A stretch of 64,000 nucleotides of DNA from Bugula neritina (taxonomy: Eukaryota; Animalia; Bryozoa), in NCBI GenBank assembly GCA_964035545.1, contig OZ037769.1:16026633-16090632 (forward strand), written 5' to 3'. The notes beneath the pieces were generated by a model. The model was given only the letters and a program-made list of their open reading frames with translations. It made no database searches and was not told the origin of the DNA. The position numbers were made by a program, and so were the translations under genes. Numbering within the stretch: the first letter of the stretch is position 1; each line of letters starts with the position of its first letter. Shown in pieces: positions 13,471 through 27,782 of this stretch.

Positions 13471-16400
13471 AAAAATATTTATCAATCAGTACAACAACAG
13501 AAATACTTACAATGATCCAAATATTACTATTACATTACTATAACATTACACAGTAACACTATGTTTATAATTGTAATACGGAAGCATGACTTTGTGGTAG
13601 TTTGATATGCTATAGCAAAAGGTAGAAAAATCAACTGAAAAACCGACAGAAATAATCAAGTACAATTAACTAAAGTAAATAAACTTACTGAATAGTAAAT
13701 ATTTTACTATACTTAGTGAATTGATTTACTTCCACTAGGTTTACTTTCATGATTAAATGCTTCTGTCTATTTTCCAGTTTATAGGAATATATTAAAAGTG
13801 AAACCAATTATAATTACTATTACCTTATCTAGTTTTGACTATATATTTTTCACAAATATAAACATAGTTATATGCGTATTCCTATTGTGACTGCAGATAC
13901 CATTGCGGTAACTGAAATCAAACTTCATTCTACTTCAAGTTTCAAACATTGTCCCAGTTCAAAGACTAACAAGTAAATAATTAATAACTGTGAAAGCTCC
14001 AATAAGTTACTTCATTATTAAATAAGATACAACTGATTCTACTGTATATGATACTATGGTATCTGTATTAAATTAAAACATAATTATGAAAATCAAAAGT
14101 TGTATTTTGAGCACTTATATTATAGTAATTAAATTAACAGCTTAAAATAGGCACATTAAACTATGATTGGAATTTTTATCCATTTATCTTTATAATTATA
14201 TTTATTCTTTATTCTGAAAGTTGACCCAACACTGGTAACAAAACTAAAAGTAATTGATTAAGTATGATTTATTCTTACACACTTTACCATTATATTTAGT
14301 CTTCCTGACTTTCAGTCTGTCATAGTGATTACTACTATATGAAAATGACTTTGACTTAGGAGTCATAATTATAGTCACAGTGTTGATAAGTCAACAGTGT
14401 AGGATTAACACAGCACTAGACTAGTACTACCTCCAGCTTTCAAGTTTATGTTAGGGTATCTCTAAGACTAAAGAGTAACCCTAATAATGTAAGCAAAGAG
14501 CAGTGAGTAATAAGCATGCTATTCAACTTCAAATTTCACTAGTACTATAACCAATACCACATGTATTTTAATAAAATTATGTAGCTGGTGAGTGAACTAT
14601 AAAATTAAATAGGGATCAAACTTTGAGCAATATTAATAGAAATAATATTAGGACAGAGGTTTCCAATTATTAGTATGTGAAACCAAAGGGGAATGGATAA
14701 CTACTATTAGTATTATTACATTTACTTTATATTTAGTTTTACCAGTTCGTATTATGATTATCTTACTTTGAATTGTAAAGTATAATAATTATAATATTCA
14801 TAGTAGTATATTTATATTAGTAATTAATATGTATATTAGTAAAAACATTTGTTTTAAGTTGCTTGTTTATTAAATTATTCTAAATCCTAATAACGATAAT
14901 CTTAATATTAGTGATAATCATTATGCTCATCACTGTCCCCAAGTGCTATCAGTATGACCATCGCAATGTGAACCTAGACGTGAATGTAAAAAGGCACTGC
15001 AAAACAGAACATGGGATGGAGGCAGATATCCATACCATAATACAAATATCGATATTGAATTTGATAATCATAATTATTATACAAATATAATGATAATAAC
15101 TACAATGATCAAAAATAAATAATACCAAAGAGTTTTCGAATTACTATTCATAAAATCAAATATCACATTTATAAAGATATAATCATATCTATTATTAAAT
15201 TTAAGTCAATTATACTAATAGCAATAGTAATATAAATAGAAAAAAGAATCATTGACCAGGAGTAGGTGCAAAATAAAAGTCAATTTTAAGACAAAGAGTA
15301 AGTAAAATACTAAATCGATATTTAAAATTACTTATTTTTAATCTTAGTCACTTACAGTCAGTCTTAGTTTAAATTTTACTACTAAGTCTTTAATTTCAAG
15401 TTCATTTTGACAATAAACTTGAAGACTTTAACTAAGAATATGTATAATTCAAAATTCCAAACTGGTACAAGTAAAAGTTGCTACTGAAGCTTTGTAATAT
15501 TATTTTAAATTATTGGTATGATAGCATTATATTTTGATTCATAGCAATACTGATAGTGACAATTTCAAACATACCCATACCATTACTGTTACAGTTTAAG
15601 TTACTATTGCCATTGTGATTGCCGGTAATGAGTAAATATAACTTAAATTTATATGACTATTACTATTACTATTAGTATTACTATCACTTTCAGTACCGGT
15701 CTAGTATCAGTATCACCTTAATTCAAAATCAATGTATAATTTATCAAATTACTTTTATATTATCATTTATCAATAATATGTCTATCACTATGATATTATC
15801 ATGATATTGATTTTTAATTTAAACATAATAAAATCATAGGTATAATCATAATGATAATCATAATCATAATGCTTAATTTTACTTTTAGTTCAGGTTCAAT
15901 GATTTAAGAGTAAGTGAAAGTTACTATAACTATTGCCATTGTGATTGCTAGAAACAAGTAAATATAATTTAAATTTATATGACTATTACTATTACCAACA
16001 CTCAGACTTACTCGGACTCACTCTGTCTCTAACTCTAAGTCTGAGTCTCACTCCACCAGAGTGAGAGTGACACTGAATTACTATAACTATTACTATAACT
16101 ATTAGTATTAGTATTAGTATTAGCAAAATATATCAACCTTATGATTATCTTATTAGTTATTACAATATGTTCGGCATTGATGTTGAACTAAAAATATTAA
16201 TAGTTATTACAATCACAATGACAATGCCAATATGATCAAAGACAAATGATTCCAAGCAGTTTCAGTTGGAGTTTGAGTTGAAGGTAAGTTATAAGTTGAA
16301 GTAGTACGTAAGTGGTAGTTGATACTGATACTATCAGTGATAGGTCTATACTCCATACCAATGAACTCAATAATATTACCTATATATTACCATAAATTAT

Positions 16401-16563
16401 ATTACTATTAGTATTACCTATAATTAAAATATATTCTTTCTTTTCCAGCTCAGTGCTTCATACCCTCTACTTAGTCTAATGCCGCGCACATGACGAGAAT
16501 GTGAGGTGAAGGTCACTCACAGCTAAAATCGCCAAGGATCTGTAATCCATCACTAGTAGTAGT

Positions 16564-18441
<1,878 letters not shown>

Positions 18442-19165
18442 GTAGTAGTAGTTCTAGTAGTCGTACTACCAGTAATCTGGCTTCGCTATGACACTACGAA
18501 TTGAATGTTGACAAGACGCATGCATGTTTGCTGTTGGTAAACTAATTTTTACTGAATTTTAATCAAGCTAAGCTGCAACCTATTTTCTAATGAAATAATA
18601 TATTCAATAATAATATAATAAATATAATAATTATCATTATAATATTTTATCATTTAATTTTATAACTTTTACTTTTAGTTTTAGTATTTTGGTTTTACAT
18701 CAAAATTTACATCATTATGATTATCATTATGATTACAAAATGAAAATAATTATCATTAATCATTACCTTTTAATTTATGATTATAAATAAATATAATTAA
18801 TGTTAGAATTACCACAATTACAATCATAATGATAATGGCATAACGCCAATGATAATCACAATCGTAACACTAATAATAATAGTAATAGTCAAACTCAAGG
18901 ATTGAGCCAATGATTCAGATTGTCTAAATTTAATTAAATAAATTTCAGCCTTGGGTTTAACTTTACAGCTCACAATTTTATTTTACATTACGACTGAGAG
19001 TCACAGTAAGACTAAGAAAAAGAGTAAGTCATACCTTTCTTGCAGTTATTTTCAAAGTTTGTAGTTGTACTGGTACAGTAGTAGACCTAGTAGTAGTACT
19101 AGTAGTAGTAGTAGTAACAGTACTATTAGTAGTAGTAGTAGTAGTAGTACTAGTACTAGTAGCAG

Positions 19166-19471
19166 TGTGGTGGTTCGTGGAACTACCAGCAGCACAACGT
19201 GTAGGGTCGCGTAATTGACCCGGAACAATGGATAGCCAATTAGCGTAGTTGATAGTTAGCAGCAATTGTAGCTTCCCGCTGCTAACGCAGTCGAAGCTAG
19301 AGTGTGAAATAGATTAGATGTGTAACTTGTTAGAAATAATGTATCGTGTTTTTATAATGTATAGTTGTGTATAAAATATACTCGTTCACTCGACTTAGCC
19401 TGGTGCAGTTCTATACTAGATAAATAGACTCTCTGGATAGCATATCAACCCTAAATCTGAAAAATATAACA
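19166..19471 (+). repeat. 5' LTR
   Basis: TGTGGTGG...ATATAACA; no differences from 26363-26668 seen by eye. Confidence 0.95.
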
Positions 19472-19472
19472 G

Positions 19473-19490
19473 TGGTGGCAGCGGTGGGAT
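19473..19490 (+). promoter_or_regulatory. Primer-binding site, tRNA-Leu type
   Basis: TGGTGGCAGCGGTGGGAT, 1 nt after the LTR, is complementary to the 3' end ...AUCCCACCGCUGCCACCA of eukaryotic tRNA-Leu(AAG/UAG). Confidence 0.85.
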
Positions 19491-19502
19491 AGTGCATCCA
19501 AG

Positions 19503-20462
19503 ATGGAGACTGAAAATGCTGGAACTCAACCACCGGCAATCGAAGGTGAGCGTAGAGACAATGCTATAGAGACAATGCCTATTAACCATGTAGTAGAAGA
19601 GCGAAGGGTTCCGCGAGAACTAGCTGAATACCGCTACAGGTTAAAGGCGCCCACCTTCACGGGTGAAGAGGAGGTGGAACAATTTATCCAAGAGTTTAGC
19701 GACGTAATGGACGTCGCTCAGTGGCCCCCTAGGGTGGCCCTGTTGAAGCTTAGAATGGCATTGATGGACAAAGCCAAGCCCTATGGGCTGGGCGTAGACA
19801 TTGATAATATCTTTGCTTCTCTGCGGGCCCGCTTTGGCCTCTCTGCTACAGATGCCAGGGCCCGATTGCAGAGGTTACGGCGTGATCCCCGCACCCCGCT
19901 GCGGGAGCATGCCGCCGCGGTTATGAAGCTGGCACAGATCGCGTACAGCGACTTGCCCCCAGTCAACCGCGAGAGGTACACCCTCGACGCTTTCATAGCA
20001 TCTGTCGACGATCTGGGTCTCCACCACCAGTTTCTAGCTAGGGGAGTCACCACCGTTGAAGATGCTCTGACTGAGGGGGAAGCTTACCTCCTAGCTAACC
20101 AAATGCATAAAAGTCGCGGAAGCTCCCGCCAAGTGGAGATAGACCGCGCAGACACGGCCGCGGGACAAGGGGAGGAAACCCCCGCCGCAGCTGCCGTGTC
20201 CCAGTTGGCGACGGCATCAAAAGTCACTCAACTGACGGACATGCTAGCCAAGCTGATAGCAACACTGACACCACAAAACCCAGTGAGTACCGCCCCTGAG
20301 CCCATGCGGCCATCGGCGCCGCCACAGGGAGAAACAGTCAGTTTTTGCTGGGAGTGCGGAAATCAAGGACATTTCCGCCGATATTGTCCCTTCCTAAATC
20401 AGGGGTTAAACTACCGCGGCCCGCAGATGTTCCCACCTTCCGCGGGCCGACGAAACCTCTAG
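19503..20462 (+). CDS. gag: Gag polyprotein
   Basis: 319-aa ORF right after the PBS, with the CCHC knuckle CWECGNQGHFRRYC. Confidence 0.9.
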   Translation: METENAGTQPPAIEGERRDNAIETMPINHVVEERRVPRELAEYRYRLKAPTFTGEEEVEQFIQEFSDVMDVAQWPPRVALLKLRMALMDKAKPYGLGVDIDNIFASLRARFGLSATDARARLQRLRRDPRTPLREHAAAVMKLAQIAYSDLPPVNRERYTLDAFIASVDDLGLHHQFLARGVTTVEDALTEGEAYLLANQMHKSRGSSRQVEIDRADTAAGQGEETPAAAAVSQLATASKVTQLTDMLAKLIATLTPQNPVSTAPEPMRPSAPPQGETVSFCWECGNQGHFRRYCPFLNQGLNYRGPQMFPPSAGRRNL

Positions 20463-23400
20463 GGAAGAAGAAACGCAGGTCACCCAGACGGGTACCGCGT
20501 ACTGGCAACCAACAGTGGCAACAGCCACGACGGACCAGCAAGGGGCTTCGCCCCGCGGCTGCCTTTTCTATGCCCCTTCACAACAGATTCACAGGGCTAC
20601 AAGTCCAAGAATCTGGATGGGAGCACACAAAGGTAGCTGAGAATCTAGCCTCGGCACCCCCGAGGCCTACCTATCACCGCCCCAAGAGACCTCCTTCGCG
20701 ACCCAAAGCGAGGGAGGTACTCCCTGCGAGAGTAAGGCCTGAAGGGAGAGTTCAGGTGCAGCCCCATGGGAACAGCTATTTCTTGCCCGGTAAACTGGAA
20801 GGCAAAGCTGTTACTTTTCTCATTGATTTGGGCTGTACCACAAACTTCTTAAGCCGCCAACTCTTCGACACCCTCAGTGCTAGGGTCAGGGGCGAGATGG
20901 AAGCATACGAAGGGGAATACGGCACCCTAGCTGACGGGTCATGCCTTCCCTTCTATGGTATAATTGAGCTGACGGGACGAGTCCGCGATCAAACGATCCA
21001 AGAGACGTTTATCGTCAGTCAGCTCAAGGAGGATGCTATCCTCGGGATGCCGTTCCTTAAACGGCACGGATGTCACATAGATTTTAGCAGATCTGCAATG
21101 ATGATGTCCGGGCGGGAACTCGCCTGCGTCGACAAGTTCGGCTGCCCTTTAGTGGGAGGTGTGCAAGTGGTACGCAACCGTACTATACCAGGCCGCTCCC
21201 GGGCTACCATTCACTGCAGGGTGAATAGTAGCCGGATCTCTGGACTCGGGGTGGTTGAAGGCGCGCACGAAAAGATCCAACTTGCCAGCAGTCTGAATCA
21301 GCTGACTGAGCAAGGGGAGATCTTAGTGCAGTGCGTCAACCCCTTTACCGAGCCTATCAAGCTCCCGGCTGGGTCGATGCTGGGCCGTTTTCACTCTGTT
21401 CAAGAGGGAGACGTAGGCCCGTCGCTGGGTGATGCGACAGAGGCACTCCCTCGACACCCTATTCAGGGACGAGGGGCAGTCCCAACACATCTCCGGGAGT
21501 TATACGAAACAGCCAGTGGCGGCTGCGCGAGTAACAGAGAGCGCCAGGCTATGGCCAAGTTACTACGCGACTACGGTGATGTGTTCAGCAGCGGAGAGCA
21601 TGACGTGGGACTGACTGGAATTGTCAGACACGAAATACCGCTGACTGCAGGGACAGTCCCTGTCCGGCAGCCCACACGCAGGCTGGGGCCGGAGAAAGAG
21701 AAGGAGGTTAGCCGACAAGTACGGGATCTTCTGGACCGGGGACTGATAGAGCCCGCCCATAGTGCGTGGAGCTCGCCAGTCGTACTGGTCCGGAAGAAAG
21801 ACGGCAGTTGGCGGTTCTGTGTGGACTACCGCAAACTCAATAGCGTAACCATACAGGACGCCTACCCTCTACCTCGTATTGACGAGTCATTGGACGCCCT
21901 AGCCGGCAGCAAGTACTTCAGTACGTTAGACTTGCTAAGCGGCTATTGGCAGGTTCCTCTGAGTCCCGACGCCCAAGAGAAAGCGGCGTTTATCACACGG
22001 GACGGTTTGTGGAAGTGGAAGGTGCTGCCCTTCGGGTTAACCTCCGCCCCAGCCACCTTCCAGAGGCTGATGGAACAAGTCCTTAGCGGACTCCATTGGA
22101 AGACACTGCTGGTCTACCTCGATGATGTCATCGTAATCTCTCCAGACTTCGAGACACATGTCAGTCGTCTGCAGGAGGTTTTCGAGAGACTCCGAGGTGC
22201 CGGTCTGAAGCTCAAACCTTCCAAGTGCGCTCTGTTGCAGCCGGAGGTCAAGTACCTGGGGCACGTTGTCGGTCGAAACGGCGTGGCAACGGATCCCGAA
22301 AAGGTACGGGCAGTAGAAGACTGGGTCACCCCCCAAGACTTGACCGGACTCGGGGCTTTCTTGGGGCTGGTAGGGTATTACAGGCAATACATACCAGACT
22401 TTGCGGGCATAGCCCAGCCTTTAAACCGGCTTACCGCAAAGGGAGTGACGTGGCAGTGGACCCCAGTCGAACAAGAAGCGTTCGACCGCCTCAAGGGCTG
22501 CCTCCTAACGGCGCCCATCTTGGCCTACTCAGACCCCACTCTGGAGTACATCCTAGACACGGACGCCAGTGACCAGAATGTTGGCGCTGTGCTGTCACAA
22601 GTGCAGGAAGGCCGAGAAGTAGTAGTAGCCTACTACAGCAAGTCTCTCTCTCCCGCTGAACGAAATTACTGCACTACCCGCAAGGAACTGCTGGCAGTAA
22701 TCAAGTCAGTGAAGCACTTCAGACCATACCTATATGGCAGGAAGTTCCGGCTGCGTACGGATCATGCCTCGCTGATCTGGTTGTGCAGGAGAGCAGAGCC
22801 CTCTAGTCAGGTCGCCCGGTGGCTCGAAATCCTAGCTGAATTCTCGTACCGGATCGAACATCGACCGGGCAAGAGACACAGCAATGCGGATGGGTTGAGT
22901 CGCCGACCTGACGGAGATTGCAAACAGTGTCTCAACATCGAGAGGAGGGATGGAGGTCCCCCACGATGCGAGTTGGAGACGCTGGCTCATCACGGAGCAC
23001 CGTTTGACTGGGATCAAGGTCAACTCAGGCAGAGAGTTGATGAGTCCCCGGAGGATGTGCAAAACCTCCGCGCCAACCCTGTACTGGCCGGTAATGTTCG
23101 AGAGCTGAAGAAGCTCCAAGAAGAACTGCCTGGAGTCGTGGCAGACATATACCGGGCCAAACGGGAAGGGCGACGACCCAGCGAGGAACGCATAAGACAG
23201 GGATGCTCCGAGTTCCGGCTATACTGTCAGCGTTGGGACTCGCTGCGGATCGGGCAGGATGGGTTGCTAACCATCTCTCTAGCTGCCAGCGGCAGACACC
23301 CGGAAAGGAAGAGGGTAGTCTGCCCCACAGCCATCCGCCGTGAGTTGATTTGGGATACTCACAAGCAGGCCCACGCAGGGGTCAAGCGAGTGATGTCCAA

Positions 23401-24973
23401 ATTACGACTCCGGTGGTATTGGCCGCAGATGGAGCGTGACGTCCGGCTCAGAGTCAAACAGTGTGAGATCTGCCAGGCCAGTAAGCATAGCCGCCCCCCT
23501 GGTGAAGCAGGACGGCGGAGGCTATATGCTGGCAGGCCCTGGCAAGTAGTCGCTGTAGACCTGGTCGGACCCATGCCCCTGACCCCCAGAGGCAATAATT
23601 GGATCCTAGTACTAACCGACCACTTTACTAGGTGGGCGGATGCTCTGGCTATCCCAGATGCATCAGCCCCAACAGTGGCCAGGGCACTAGACCAACATGT
23701 ATTCTGTTATTTTGGGCTTCCCGAACAGATACACTCTGATCAAGGCGCTCAATTCCAGTCTCAACTGATGAGCGACCTTTGCCACCTCTGGGGAGTAAAT
23801 CAGAGCAGGACCACCCCCTACCACCCCCAAGGTAACGGGGTGGTGGAGCGCAACAACCGGATGCTAGGTGATGCACTCCGGAGTCTCCTCCTTGGACGAG
23901 GTCAAGAGGAATGGGATACGGTGTTGCCGCAAGTCATGCGTGCATACCGTAGCACCCCACACACCAGTACTGGTGAGACCCCAAACCTCTTGATGTTCGG
24001 GAGGGAGACTCGTGTCCCTGACCATCTCACCTATCACGTTCCAGAGCAGGATAACTCAATCCACGAGTATGCCAGTGAACTAGTGGAACGGATATAGGCC
24101 GCACACGAGATACTGCGTCAACAGCAGTGGAAGGTGCGGCACGAAGATTCCGATGAACCACCCCTCTATCAAAGAGGAGATAAGGTGTGGATGGTCAATT
24201 ACCGTAGGCGCCGCGGACAGGCTGATAAGTTGAAGCCTAAGTTCGTAGGCCCCTACGTGGTCGTCGAGGCTATGCCCAATCATACGTACAAGATTGAGCG
24301 CTCAGGACAGGTGTCTATCCAGAATGAGTCTCGCTTGAAACCGTATTGGGCTAGCCCCGGCGGAGTGGGAGAAGCCCCCCCGTTGTTAGAGCCCAGAAGG
24401 CAGACAACAACGCGCGGGCGACGGCGGCATGGACCTGAATACGAAGTGGTCATACCGCGGGAAGAAAACTTGGTGAGAGAGGAGCGGCAGCTTCTGCCAA
24501 CAGAAGCGTGTCCGCCACCGCCAAGTCTGATTCCATCACTTCCAGAAACCGAGCCGGTTCCGGAAGTGCAAACCCCCACGGAGGGAGGGGCTCCATCCGG
24601 AGAACAAGAAGAGGTGACTGCTGACGGTGAAGTAGAGACGCCATTAGAGGCCCCTACTAACGAACCGGCAAGCGTGTCACCCCCCCTAGAAAGGGAACAG
24701 CGTACGAGGCAAGCCCCCGCATACTTGAAGGACTTCGTATGTGACTGCGTTAAAAGCGGCACACATGAAAGTCTAGGGGAAAACCGTACGAGAAAAGAAT
24801 CGAGCAAATGTGGGAGTTGTCAACACCACGGAAATATCAACTTTTGTATCGGCGGAAGTAGAAACAAAATTCATCCGCCGGGTGCACAAAGTCTTAATCA
24901 CGCACCCCAACCACGTTGCTCGATCTTTTCATACGCTGATGCAGTCAAGAGTAGACGTGTTTCTAAGCAGTAG
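20345..24973 (+). pseudogene. pol: Pol polyprotein (protease, RT, RNase H, integrase) with an in-frame TAG at 24095-24097
   Basis: Motifs: LIDLG (protease site, normally DS/TG), WRFCVDYRKLN, YLDD, DTDAS, the HHCC finger and the DDE core. ORF 24134-24973 is in the same frame and holds the integrase GPY motif (KFVGPY). Confidence 0.92.
20405..20449 (+). promoter_or_regulatory. Candidate -1 programmed ribosomal frameshift signal (gag-pol)
   Basis: G_TTA_AAC in the gag frame (20405-20411), a 5-nt spacer, then an 8-bp GC stem CGGCCCGC/GCGGGCCG (20417-20424 / 20442-20449). A -1 shift enters the pol frame (…KLPRP). Confidence 0.75.
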
Positions 24974-24997
24974 TTCAAACCATTTCACATAGTCAGT

Positions 24998-26074
24998 ATG
25001 TCTTACGACAACAGATCGTGGGGTGAGTTAACTATATCTTAATACGAAACTAGATTGCATCGCTCAGCTCTGACTCACTGAGTCAATCGAGCTGGAGATA
25101 GGTTAGTGAAATACCGTAGTAAGAACTTAGTTTGACTTAGAGATTTTTATAATCTCATTGCAATACGGTTCTATCTGACTATTCACTATCAGTAATCTCT
25201 ACGAGGTAACTGAATTAGGAGTTGCCAAGCTGTTCAAGCTGACAACACAGCAGTGTACTGTACTAACACTGTTGAAACTTTTTCAGATTACACTCGACCC
25301 GCTACAACCAGGGTACGGGATAGAACACTTCCCGCTCCGTATCCGGAGGACTATGCTAGTGGTGACCGGCCTGAGCCACTACGCCGCCGTTGGCGGTAGG
25401 TGTCTCCACAAACCGAAGAAGAAATAGAAACAGCCTGGGGGTCCAGAGGACGGACGAGATGCCAGATCTGTGGTGAAGATTGCGCCTCTCACCGCTCCCT
25501 TAAACTACACGTCAATGCTCACCTCCTACTGACCTTCTGCCCCTGCGGGTACAATGATGTGTATCCCTAACCCGTCACCAGACACCGAGCGGCGGGCTGT
25601 TTCCCTGGAGAAAACTATGTGGTCGACGCTAAGCTGTACCCGGAGTTCCTCACATATATACGACCTCTGGTAAAGAAGGCCATGCTATTAGCCGTTCTAT
25701 CCTCGGGGTTCCAACGTGTGTTAGACAACGCCCGCCAACAATCCCCGTTGGTGTCTGACCGCCCTCAAATTACATACACCCCCGAGGAAACTACATATCC
25801 AGAAGAAGGAGAGATCTCCCCTACCCCGGCGAAGAGACGGACCAGGTCCCCCAGTCCACCCTTACGCCGCAGACGGACACCGTCCCCCGACCCGGTACGA
25901 CTAGCCACAGTAGAAGAACGCCTCCTACGATTACAAGAAGAGTTCACCCAGCTGGCACCAGACCTACTTAACACTACAACAGGACTCTTCCAGCTCAAGG
26001 GATCCGTATGCCGTATGAAACGGAAACTGCGTACATGCCAAGCCAAGCACCGGCGTGCCCAACAAGGACTCTAG
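24998..26074 (+). pseudogene. Spliced third gene of the gypsy element: C2H2 zinc-finger protein (exons 24998-25022 and 25287-26074; two in-frame stops in this copy)
   Basis: ATG at 24998, donor G|GTGAGT at 25023, branch point TACTAAC at 25261-25267 and acceptor TTTTTCAG ending at 25286. Phases match. The product contains CQICGEDCASHRSLKLHVNAH (C-x2-C-x12-H-x3-H) in frame with ORF 25619-26074. Confidence 0.72.
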
Positions 26075-26351
26075 TATGCTACCCAGAATACTCCGCAACT
26101 CCACATTTGGTGAGGAACCAAACTCGTGCAAATGCTTAACTGCTAGACAGGTTAATCCTTGTCTACTACCACAGCTAGCTAGTATTCCTCGTCTATCTAC
26201 AGCTGGCCAATTGTATGCAACGGACCGTTACCATGACTCTGTCTATTATTATGTCTCTTCCTGTATATTATGTATTATTTTTGTCCACTGATGTATACAA
26301 TTACTATTGAATGTTTTTTTTATATATATATCAGAAAGATGGCTTTCTGCT

Positions 26352-26362
26352 GGTGGGGGCGG
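26352..26362 (+). promoter_or_regulatory. Polypurine tract
   Basis: GGTGGGGGCGG directly before the 3' LTR. Confidence 0.7.
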
Positions 26363-26668
26363 TGTGGTGGTTCGTGGAACTACCAGCAGCACAACGTGTA
26401 GGGTCGCGTAATTGACCCGGAACAATGGATAGCCAATTAGCGTAGTTGATAGTTAGCAGCAATTGTAGCTTCCCGCTGCTAACGCAGTCGAAGCTAGAGT
26501 GTGAAATAGATTAGATGTGTAACTTGTTAGAAATAATGTATCGTGTTTTTATAATGTATAGTTGTGTATAAAATATACTCGTTCACTCGACTTAGCCTGG
26601 TGCAGTTCTATACTAGATAAATAGACTCTCTGGATAGCATATCAACCCTAAATCTGAAAAATATAACA
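26363..26668 (+). repeat. 3' LTR
   Basis: 306-bp direct repeat of 19166-19471, followed by the TSD GCAG. Confidence 0.95.
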
Positions 26669-27782
26669 GCAGTACTAGTACTAGTTGTAGTACTAGTATC
26701 AGTGGTAGTAGTAATAGGACTGCGATCTTAGATGTAAGTCTAATGAAATACGAATAATAATAGTATAAGTATAACTTTTACATATTTAGTTTTACTATAA
26801 GTGTAAATATAATGAGTAATAGTAAAACTCAAAGTATATACATTAACTCAGTTTAGCATTAATGATAAAATATAATAATTATAATAAAGTAATATGATCA
26901 CCATTACGATTATAATTAAAATTCTTAGTAACACTTTTATAATACTCAGTTTAATTTATTAATATTAAACATTAGTTTGGCTACCACAAATAACTAATAA
27001 GTGCTACTATAGGTAACTGTAAAGATAAGTATAAATTTAACTATAACATAGACTATCAGCAATAATAATATATCATATTGATATTAAACTATATATGGAT
27101 AATGCAAATCATAGATCATACCTCATGATAATTATTCCTAATGATCTTACTTTTTATATGCTGATGCTAATAAGTAGTAATTTTAAATTTGATAACTCAT
27201 GAATGATGAATAAGATAACAAGAATAATACTGGACCTAATAATACTATTAGTCCTACTACTAGAATTTTATTATCTTATATTTGTAATACGCTTCTTTTA
27301 GTAATACTGCTGGTCAAAGTTAGTGTTAATCATATTTATAGTTAAATGTTGAAGGAATAAATTAGTTCATAACATAAACATTGCACTATGTGAATATGAA
27401 ATTTAATATGAATATCCCAATTACACTTGCTGTTGCTCTTTAGAGACTAGAGTTATAACTTATAACTATGATATAATAATGAATACCATTATTTTAACTA
27501 ATCATATTACTCAGCTAATGTTAATGATAACTGTAAGTCTAAAAACCATTACGGTTATAGGTATCACTGACTAATATTATTAATAATATAATCATTCGTT
27601 TTATACTTGTACCTATATTTATATTTATACTTATACCTATTTTTATACTTATGATCATATCTATACTTTCCGTATGCTTGTACATTTTACTCATAGTATC
27701 AGGGTGGCAATCGAAAAGTCATATTCGATATGCTAATCTAATAATAGAACCAACTGCACTAATATAGTTGTATATTATTATT

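Larger units (their letters stand above)
19166..26668 (+). mobile_element. Ty3/gypsy LTR retrotransposon
   Basis: Two 306-bp TG...CA LTRs, a 4-bp TSD GCAG (19162-19165 and 26669-26672), a PBS, a PPT, gag, and pol in PR-RT-RH-IN order. The empty site is present in the inner copy near 42240. Confidence 0.97.

Noticed and set aside
19029-19265. Thr-rich or Val-rich ORFs (also 42180-42395)
   Set aside because: Translations of (AGT/ACT)n simple repeats; the first also crosses an LTR boundary.
25619-26074. env gene
   Set aside because: No evident signal peptide, fusion peptide or transmembrane anchor. It is better explained as the 3' part of a spliced zinc-finger gene.
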